From Pseudovirgaria hyperparasitica (Eukaryota), in assembly GCA_010093815.1 (NCBI GenBank), contig ML996571.1: a DNA stretch of 64,000 nt. The stretch is one strand, 5' to 3'. How positions within the stretch are numbered: position 1 is the first letter of the stretch; each line of letters starts with the position of its first letter. The translations under genes and the position numbers were made by a program. The notes beneath the pieces were generated by a model. The model did not search any database. It was not told the DNA's origin and saw only the letters and a program-made list of their open reading frames with translations. Shown one piece after another: positions 50,951 to 61,242 of this stretch.

Positions 50951-53900
50951 AGTAAGATAAGGGTATAGGGGTTTAATTCATGTAGTGGGCTATCTTTAAA
51001 GTAATGAATAAGTTGATAAGCTGTTTTAATAACTTACTCTAATAGCTTAGGAATCGGTTCCTTCTATAATACTAGTAAGGGAGCTAGTATATCTTATGTG
51101 TTCCCGAGCGTACCGAGAATGTCGGCCGCGGGAGGCGCGGACGTAAGCTTCTCTAGTATACTTAGGTAATCGGGAATGTTTAGTGGGAACCTACTCTAAC
51201 CTTGGTAGCTCGCGGAAACCGAGGCTTCGCGTACTAATCGTCTCGTCTAATTAGTACTAACCTATTCCTATGAAGTAGGGTTCGACTGGCACTAAGTGTG
51301 ACCGGTCGTGGTATAGTGTCGTGTTCCTTACTTAACGGGAACTAGGGAATCGTAGGGAGCTCGATCCTTTTAATGCACGACTCGTTTAGGAACACTAGTG
51401 CTTATGCTACCTTTTAGTAATCCTCTAGAACGAGTCTCATGGAATTTAGTATGGTTAGAATAAGGTGAGGCCTTTGATGCGGATACTTATTCCTGTTTTC
51501 CTCTAGTGGCAAATCCTTTATTTACCGTTCCCTTGGCTCCTTCCTTAGGACTTTCGGTTATAATTTTATACTCTTACGAGTCTTAATGATAGTAATAGTA
51601 ACGAACGTTACCTGGTGCCTAGTATTCTTTTATCCTTACCGATTGTCTCTCCGTACTTATAAACTTCTTTTACTAAATTTTACGGAAGCGTCTTTCGTTC
51701 GCTAAGTCGGGATATTAACGTCTTTTGATTCGGCTTCGGAGAACTAGTACGTCAGGGCGTTAGTATCTTATATTCGACTAGTACTATCTTTCTTTCGAAA
51801 ATGATTAGCTGGTAGTATGCTTTTAGCTACTAAGATGTTAAGGATAGAGATGTTAAGTCTTGGTCAAGTATTAAATTGATTACTAGCTACTTCATGGAAT
51901 CTACGGCTATGTATATAGGACTGCTAGTCCGTGGTTCTTGCCGTTATCCATCTCCTTGTCACTTTCCGTGACAAACTATACGATAATAGGTCTATATAAG
52001 ATTACTCGTGTAATTAATAACTAGGCGTACGAGTTGTAACTCCCTTCTACATTAAAGATACATAATATGTTCCATATTACGCTTCTCGAGCCATTTCATG
52101 CCTTATTATTACCGGATCGTTCCGAATAGATACTATATAAAGTAGTTACGTAAGAAGGTATAGATATCTATAAAGTTAAGTAGATACTTAGCTAGTAATG
52201 CGCCGAAGATGGTACGTGGCTATATAAAATTCGTTAGAAAGGATATAATCCTAATAAAGATACTTGGGAACCTATAATAAACATTAGTAAAGTAGCGATG
52301 TTAGTATATAAGTAGCGATTAGCAAAGGAAGCCGCGGAATCGTAGAGAATTATACTAAAGTACGGTAATTCGACGTTTTTTAGTATAGTTCGGCGCCGAG
52401 GACGGCCGCCTAAAAGGAAGAAGGTGAAAGAGATATAGATCTTTAAAACATTCTAAGGAATTAAGGAACTTCCTTAGAAAGTTTGAACTTAGAACTTTAA
52501 AAATTTAACTAAAAAAGAGACTTAGAAAAATAATTCACTAAGAGAAATAGACATCGAAAATCGGTGCTAATCGGTATAGATCGGTATAGATTACTAAAGA
52601 GATTAAAGAAGTTATTATTAAAGAAAGATAAAATTAAGAAAGCTAAAAGAAAATATAAAGATCTATATAGATCTATATAAACTCGTACTAATATATCTAG
52701 AAGAAGTAAGATCGCTTTAAAATTAAAACCGAAAAACTAAAAACGCTAGATAAAAGAGATATATTAGTACCGATTAGTATAGATCTAAACTAATTAAGTC
52801 GGAGTAGGAGTAGAAGTACTAATTACCGTAATAGTTATATCTAATTCCTTCTACTAGTTCTTATTTAGTATAGTATAGAGCTTTATAATATAAGTCTCTA
52901 GCCTTTTATTCCGACGCTATAAATTCTATATAGCGCGCCTTATAGCTATAAACTCCTCTATAGAAACCTATAGAGTAGTAGGACCCGGGATAGAGAGGGA
53001 CGGACCGGCGCGGGCACGCTAAGAATTATATAAATTAGCGAAAAGATTTAACGATCGGTATAGAACTATATACCTTTAGTATAGAAACTTCTAGATTAGA
53101 GCTATCTTCTCTAAATTTACGGCTCTTTAGCACGTGTAAGGAAGGAACCTTAGCCTTTTTACTAGAACCTTTTCTAGGAATTCTAATATTGCCGGTATAT
53201 AGAAAGAAGTCCAAAGTGGTAGAGATTTTAGTACTATTATAGAGATTAATATATATTAGTAAGAATCTATAACGATTTAAGAAAAACGATATTACCTAGT
53301 AATCGCGGTAATAATAGCTATAGTAGATTCCGATAAATTCTTATAGATCTTATTAGAATCGTACTCCTAGGCGTAACCCTTATCTTAGATATATAGCTCG
53401 TAGAAAGCCTTCTCTAAGGCGTTACGATCGGTAGTACTACGCTCCTTATTAGTAGGGGTTACTAGAGGCCTAGTAGTAATCTATACTAATATAAGTAAAT
53501 CTACGTAAAGTTCTTTGAACTTACTTAAATACCTATAAGTAATAACGCTTCTTAGTTATATAAGTGCTATATATTATAGATTTAGTACCGCTATAAGTAA
53601 TATATAACGGAAAGCGATAACTATAATAATATATAGCTAGATTATTAGAGCCCGGCCTAGGTTAGGGTAGATTAATGGCTTTTAATATGTCGGTAACGTA
53701 TACGAGATAGGGATTATTTAAAGGCGCCTATTTCCGCGCTGATTACTTTAGAGCGTCGAGATTTTAGGAAACTATATTAAGATTATTATTAATTTATACG
53801 GATTATTACGAATTATATTATTACTAGCTAAGGACGGTACGAAAATTAGTAAATTACGTAAATCGTACTAAATTATAGTAAATCTATATAAATCTATATC

Positions 53901-54816
53901 TATAAGGATCGGGTAATATACCTAATAATCTAAAAAACTCTATAAAGAGTTAAGAAGTTTTTTAAAGAAAGGAATATTTCTAAGAAAAGATTTTAATATA
54001 GGTAGTACCTAGGCTTACCTAATTATATTACGTGATACGCTAGGCCTAATTAGGTAATCTCACCTATATAAGAAGTTAAGATAGATAAAATTTAGTTTAT
54101 TAGGAAAACGCTTATATAAATCTTAGATCAGTGAATATCGGTAAGTATCTAAGACGAAGCGTAGAGAATGACTAAGGTCTTACGAGACTTAGGATAGAGA
54201 TATAGAGATAGGTAACGATCTAGGTTACTAAGGGTAGCTTCCTAGAGGGAAGGGATAATTATTAGAACTTAGCCTTAGATAGAACCTAACCTATACGTAC
54301 CTTAGCTAATAGGGTTAGAAGGTAACGTGAAGGGCGGTAAATAGTCACGTGCTAGATAGATCGGCGTCCCTTTATATATATACTCTTAGATTCCTACTAA
54401 AAGGGTTCGGTAGTAATTCGTTCTATAATAGAATACACCCTATTATTCTATCTAACTATACTACTATCTAATAACCCTATTCTTATAGTAAACGTTATAT
54501 ATTTTTACGTAGTCTTTTATATATTTATAAAGACCCGGCTAGTCGTATGTCCTTCGGATTAAATTAACTATCCTTATAACGCCGAAGTACCCTACTAACG
54601 CGTAATTATACTATTCCCTTAAAATATTAATTCGTAAGCCGTCTTCTAGTACGTAGAGTCGGCCTTAGAAGTAGATCGCGTCCGATTATCGTTTCTACCT
54701 TAATAACTATAGCGGATCTATAGCGCTTCCTTTTATACTTATAACTTTCTTTACTAATATATTAGAATTCTAGGTAGATTTAATTAAGTCTTTAAGGGTT
54801 TTCTTAGTTTCTTAGA

Positions 54817-54871
54817 NNNNNNNNNNNNNNNNNNNNNNNNNNNNNNNNNNNNNNNNNNNNNNNNNNNNNNN
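54817..54871. other. Assembly gap (55 N) inside A1
   Basis: Run of N in the sequence. Confidence 1.
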
Positions 54872-57800
54872 TACTTATCGGCGATTAAGGACCTTAGTCG
54901 ATATAAAGTAACGTAGATTTACGTGATCCGATAATAATTCGATCTAATATATAGAGCCTTCTAAATAATATCGCTATTACTTAAAACTCTTAATAATTAT
55001 AAGTAGTTCCTAGTCGTGCGTGTTATAACACGTCTCTATATCCGCTATTTTATAGGAAAAGAAAGCGACCGGGTGCTATTATACCTTATCTTTTATATCT
55101 TTATACGGTTAACTAATAATTCTAGTAATTATAAATCCTAACGCGTTAGTTTCGACCTAAATATACTTCTTAGAATCGAAATACCTAAGAATTAGCGTAG
55201 TTATAAAGTAATTCTTTAATAATTAGAACGTATCTCGCGCTTCCGGCGTTAACTATATCTTAACCGACTTAGCTTTACGCTATACTCGCCCACCTATAGA
55301 GATTTTACCGCTATTCTCTATAAGTTTATTAAGCGGCGCCGTAATTCGTAAGAAGCCTATAATAAATTTTCGATAATAGTTTACGAAACCTATAAATATT
55401 CTAATTTAACGTATAGTAGTAGGTTCTAGCCATTCTATAATGGTCTTTACACGCTCCGGCTCTATTTTTAGGCCGCCATATATTATAATAAAGCCGAGAA
55501 ACCCAACTTCTTATTAGTGAAACTTATATTTAGATAATTTTATATAGAGTTTATACTACCTTAGATAATTTAGTACCGATTTCACGTATCCTTTATAATT
55601 CTATATACTATTAGAGTAAATTAGTATATTATCGAGATAAACTACGTAAATCACGTTAAGTAATTCTACGAGTATAGTATTAATATATTCTTAAAACGCT
55701 TCTGGCGCATTTATTAGCCCGAATAGTATAATAGTATACTTAAAATAACTATATCTAGTCCGAAATGCGGTTTTCTACTTATCTCCGCGACAAATTTAAA
55801 GCCGGTAATATATATCTCGTAAATCTAGCTTCGTAAAGTACTTTACCTTTATTAATTAGTCTAAAGATTTACTAACTAGCGGTAATAGGTAACGATTCTT
55901 CTTAGTTACTATATTTAGTACCTAATAGTCGATATATAGACGTAAACTTCCGTCTTTCTTCTTTATAAAGAGAATAGGTGCGCCGGCCGATAACGTACTA
56001 TAACGTATCTAGTCTCTTTTAAGGTATTCTTTAATATATTTACGAAGAACTTCGAGTTCTAGTCTCGAAAGTAGATAAAGTAGGCTATAAGGGACGTCTG
56101 CTCCCTCTTCGAGCTCGATCTTTAGCTTATATAGCCTATAATTAGGGAGAAGTAACGTATCTCCTACTAAAAACATATCCGCATACTACGAATATACGTT
56201 AGATAGCGTGTCTTCGCCCTGATTATTACTATCGTCCTCGTCTTTATTAATAATTAATAAGAATATAAGATAGATTAGCGATAATCGGGTCCGCACGGCG
56301 AGGTTCTATGCCTCCTTACTAATAGTTACGACTTACTAGTATAATTTACTATGGTATCGTTAGAATATTAATATCTCCTTCTAAAAATCGAGGATAGGGT
56401 TTAGGCGTCTAAGCTAAGGCATCCCTAGAATCATATTCTATTAGCTAATATTAGCCACGATAAATTTATTAGACATCTACTATTTTATTATCTTTAAGTC
56501 ATGAACTTCGTAATTCGTTATAGCTTTACCTAAAGTTCTAACTTCATATCTATTAACTACGATGGTTTAGCTAACTTTACCGAGATTATATAATAATCTA
56601 TACTCCTTTACGAGAATCGATAAAATATAGTTATCTTCTATACTAGTATCTACGAGGGCCTATATAGTTTTATTACTATTTACTATAGGTAACGATACTT
56701 TTAGTAATATTAGGTCTTTACTCGCCGGAAGGCGCTATAGCTCCTTCTAAGTATATATAATTTAGCTAAGGACGCGGTTAGGTCTCGTGTACTAGTCTAT
56801 TCTTTTTTCGGATTCTTATAGTTAGGTGAAATATATTCTATTTCTCTATACTTATAGTAATGAAGTACGCTATAATCCTACTATTTTACGATAGGCGTTA
56901 TATTTAAGCCTATACCTTATCCTTTTCCGTGTTAAGAAGCACCGCCTTAATTATTTTGGTATCCTCTTAACGCGTTTCTACCCCGATTTACGCTCTTCTA
57001 GCGCTAATCATGGTAAGGTTACTCTTAATCGAACGTATTCGATCGACCTCGTTTCTAACCTATATAGAGTTCGTCGGTTTTACCTAGAGAGCCGCGTTCC
57101 TTAAGGATGCGGTAGTATTTATTAGCTTTCTTCTCTAATTTATATAGATAGTTAAAACTTAATAATACTATTCCTAGTCTTTCGTGGATTAACGGAAGTA
57201 GTACTTCGCGAAACTAGAATATACGAATATTTTCCTATAGCGTAGGGATATTATCCTATAGGTTTTAGAGGTATTATAGTAGTTAAGTAGGTGTCTAGTT
57301 CGGTTATTATGCCACGCTTCTTAACTTAGATAGTGCCTTTCTTTTACGTTCTCTATCCGTTCCGAGGGTGTTTAGTATAAATATAGCTAAATATTCCTAG
57401 GTTATTATAGATAGTAGCTACACTTCCTTCTATCTATTCTATTAATCGCGGGATTATAAGTCTAGGTATCGTTCTCTAAACGAAATGCGTTATACTTTAG
57501 TAGAAAAGAGTAGAGGGTTATCGAGGAAGTACTTTTCGTAGTCTCTCTTCTAGTCTTTCTACTCCTTTTAGTTCTTCCCTATAAATATAGTCAGGTCTTT
57601 AGATTTTAGTATATCTAGAGAAGAAGTAGAGTAAATCAGTAACGAAGCGGCCGGGTATACGGTGGATTATCGTAACTCTAATGGTAGGTGAACTAATTCC
57701 GCCTGAATTAGTATAGGAAGTCGTCCACCTACTATCGTTCGGCGTAGTTCTTTAAGAGACTCCTTAAGTTCTTATCTCTTTATAAGGAGTTTCGTACGTT

Positions 57801-58372
57801 CTACCTATTCTTTAAGGGTTTAAATCTCTTAAGTCTAATTTACGACGTATTCCTAAAGTTTAGCGATAGTTTATTATAATACCTTACGTGGCTCCGCCAT
57901 AACTCGTTATCCGGCTTTATATTATTAGAAGTTACTTAGTGTATCTACTATTTCTTCGTCTAAAAGCTCCGTGATTTAGTCTAATATTTCTACTTCTTAG
58001 TTAGAAACGGCCGGGATTAATACCGATTATAGAGAATCCCTATTATTTAATATAGTATTACTTATCCCTATAGTAGATCGTGTCGATCTTCTCGGTTCTA
58101 GTTAGACTATCTTAACTATAGTACTATATAGGGAGTAATTTAAATATAAGAATAGGGTTATTAGATAGTAGTATAGTTAGATAGAATAATAGGGTATATT
58201 CTATTATAGAACGAATTACTACCGAACTCTTTTAGTAGGAATCCGAGAGTATATATATAAAGGGACGCTAATCTATCTAGCACGTAACTGTTTACCGCCC
58301 TTTACGTTATCTCCTAACCCTATTAGCTAAGGTACGTATAGGTTGGGTCCTACCTAAGGCTAAGTCCTAACA

Positions 58373-58932
58373 ATCTATAAGGTTAGACTTACTATTAAGG
58401 CGATAATAGATACTTAGCTTATTCTTCTCTTATCTTTTAGAGCCCTTTACCTTTATTTTATCTAAGTATTACTCTACTTATAATAGCTAAGATAGAGATT
58501 ATATAACTAGAAGAGATAGAGATAGTAGCGAGAAGGGTAATAGAGATTAGTACGAGTAATAGAGTATAAGGAAGTCTAATTTTAGGCTATCTTATAATAC
58601 CTATAGATATAAGTCTACTAGATCCTTATTATCTTACTTAAAGAAGTATTTCTATATAGAATAAAGATATATAGTAGTATAGTATATAACGTTTTCCTTT
58701 ACTAGGTTATAGTACTTTACTAGCCTACTATAATAAACCTTTTCTACTAAGGATACGGCTTATCCCTAAAGTAGTCCGTTATATAGAGTATTCTAGCTTT
58801 TCTAAAGATAAAGATACTTAGAAGACTTAGAGAAGTATAAGTAGATTTATAGTAAGTATTAATAGAGTATAAATAGTAACTAGCTAGTAGGCGAGTAAAG
58901 TAGTAATTATATTAGTATAAGTTTAAATTAAT
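58373..58932 (-). mobile_element. hAT transposon relic, upstream continuation
   Basis: Contiguous with 30946 once A1 and one TSD copy are removed; apparently interrupted by the LTR of element C at ~58933. Confidence 0.55.
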
Positions 58933-61242
58933 TATTATAGAACTATCTCTAGAGATCGGGTCTAAAGGGTCTATATAGTTCTACTAAGGTCCGCTAATTA
59001 GAATACTTATTCTAAGTATTTAGTATATTACTTAGAATACTAATATTCTATTTCTAATTATCTAGTAGGCTACTTAGAATACCTATTCTAAGTATCTATA
59101 ATTAGCTCTCCCTATAGATACCTACCTTAGCCTTAGGTTATTACCTAGGGCTATCTATTATATTATAGGCCCCTCTTCTATATATTATACTATCCCTTAT
59201 ACTACTTATACTATAGTCTATATATCTTTCTATAGCTCTAGCTAGTAATTTATTATATAATACCCCTTTTAAGGTACTTCGTCCTAAAGTACTTCCGTAG
59301 CTACTTATAAGTAGAGGGTTATTCTAACTTCCTTTAGTAAGGAGCCCTTCTTTCTTTTCTTTTATTATATCTAGAGTTATAAAATTAGTTAAGTCTTCTA
59401 AGTCTAATCCGGCGAAATAGAGAGTTACTTTATCTATCTTAATTAATTATAAGGGTAATAAGATACTTTTTCCTTACTTATTTTATAAGAAGTATAGCTT
59501 AATCTATAGAATAGTATTTATAAAGTCTAATAAGTATTTAGAGTATATTTATTAAGATTATTTAGTAAGTAAGTATAGAATTAAGGCTTTAAGTAAGTTA
59601 TCTTATAAGTTTTCTTTCTTTTTATTAGGACTAGTAAGTAATATTTCTAGATAAGAAGATTTATTCTAAAAAGACTTATCTTAAGCTAGAGAAAGAATAT
59701 ACGGCTACTACTTAGCGAAAAGCTTAGTAGAACGCTTAGACCGCCTTTATATATCTAGAGCGTCTAGAGAAGTAGTAGAAGCTATTAGAGTATTATTAAA
59801 ATAATATACTTTATTAGAATCTATTAGTAATAGACCTTAAGGAGAAGAAGAAGTAACTTAAATAATAATAGAGAGTTACTATTAAGGAGGTTCTAAATTC
59901 TCCCTTAGATTTTAATAATTCTTAGCTTAGTATAGAGGACTAGGTAAGTCTAGGTTTATTTAATAGAACTTCTATAATAGTTACTAGTAGTTCGTTAAAT
60001 ATTCCCTAGGTTTCTAAGTATTTAATTCGTGTCTATAGCTCTTCTACTTAATTAGATATTCTAATATTTTATTACTAATTCTAGATTCTAGAATCTTTTT
60101 AACTTTAAATTCTTCGTCTATAGCTTTAATATTAGTTTTAACTTTTATATTATATAGTACTAGTTCTAGTAATAAGATATAAAATACTAGATATATTCTT
60201 ATATTCTAAGATAAAGATAGCTTATAATTAACTTCTAAATTTTTTTATTTTATTTAGAAAGGTCCGATCTTCTTAAAGTCTAGTTTACTATTTAGTTATT
60301 ATATCTTAATATTTTTCTATATAAGGAATACTAGGTCTCCCTCCCTTAGAGATAGTCTCTTTATTCTCTTTTAATTTATATATTTTATTATTCTTTTATT
60401 TATAAAGGAAAGTTTAGTTTATAGCTCTAAGTATAGCTTATATAGTTATTCTACTTTAATCTTCGCTTTTAGTATAGACTATTCTAGTTTATAATTATAG
60501 CTAGCTATAGAGTTAAATCTATAGTTCGTATAGAACGGTAAGGTTTTAGTTATTAAGGTTATTATACTATTATAGGCGAATTAAGCTAGTAGTAGTAGTT
60601 CTATCTAATTATCTTATTATTTATTAATATAGTATTATAGATATTATTCTAGTATTCTGTTTAGAATCTCTATTTATCTATCTATCTATAGATAATAGAC
60701 TATTAATAGTTAGTAGCTCGTTCCGAGCTATTATACTAGGCTTTTCTAGAAGTTTAATATAAAGAGCTTATCTCTATTAGATATAATACTATTAGGTAAT
60801 CTATAGTTTACTATAACTACTTATAGAAATATATAGACTATTTCTTCTATATCTATATTCTTTTAATAGAGTATAAAGTAGGCGTACTTTATAAGTTTAT
60901 TAACTACTACTAGTATAGTATTATACTATACTTATAAGACTAGTTCTCTTAAGAGTAGTAGGTCTATCATAAAATCTATAGAGATTATATTCTCCTTAGT
61001 ATCTATATATTAGATCTTTATAGAATTCTTTAATAAAATAGTAGGTCTTATCTCTAGAGATTATACTTCTTCCCTTAGGGTCCTTAAGTATAAATTCTTT
61101 TTATATTACTATAATATATTATATTAGTCTAAGGTTTCTATCTTTAGTAACCTCTAATATAGTCTATTCTATAGTAGGTTCTTTTTACTCGTATTCTACT
61201 TATTAGCTAAGGGCATTAGCTCTTCCGTTTTTAGATTCTTTA
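58933..61242 (-). mobile_element. Ty3/Gypsy chromovirus C, 3' portion (end of RNase H, integrase, chromodomain, 3' LTR ~58933-59259)
   Basis: NGRANALS at ~61215, ISIDFMIDL at ~60975, KKIGPF at ~60265, chromodomain EEFKVKKILESR...YLIK*KSY...NT*KP at ~60000-60120, PPT-like aaaaggggta at ~59261-59270. LTR limits approximate. Confidence 0.75.

Larger units (their letters stand above)
39123..51973 (-). mobile_element. Ty3/Gypsy chromodomain-bearing element B, 12,851 bp, with a large extra ORF
   Basis: 138-bp TG...CA LTRs at 39123-39260 and 51836-51973 (4 differences seen); TSD AACTA at 39118-39122 and 51974-51978; inserted into the A2 integrase C-terminus. Confidence 0.93.
34670..52440 (+). pseudogene. 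RIP-inactivated gag-pol of A2 (34670-39122 and 51974-~52440)
   Basis: Zn knuckle relic at ~35760-35810, protease ALVDT at ~35965, RT VYLDNILIYS at ~36980, RNase H ETNALGF at ~37470, integrase WKELSIDFIIDLP at ~38400, chromodomain (YKIR*KGYNPNKDTWEP) at ~52220-52275. Confidence 0.9.
34249..54487 (+). mobile_element. Ty3/Gypsy chromovirus copy A2 (same family as A1, opposite orientation; interrupted by B)
   Basis: LTRs at 34249-34476 and 54260-54487; TSD GTAAA at 34244-34248 and 54488-54492; PPT agagggaagggataat before 54260. Net length 7,383 bp without B. Confidence 0.93.
30947..58372 (-). mobile_element. Ty3/Gypsy chromovirus copy A1 (interrupted by A2)
   Basis: 228-bp LTRs at 58145-58372 (5') and 30947-31174 (3'); TSD ATCTA at 30942-30946 and 58373-58377; PPT next to the 3' LTR. 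RIPed gag-PR-RT-RH at 54493-58144 and IN-chromodomain at ~33000-34243. Confidence 0.93.
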
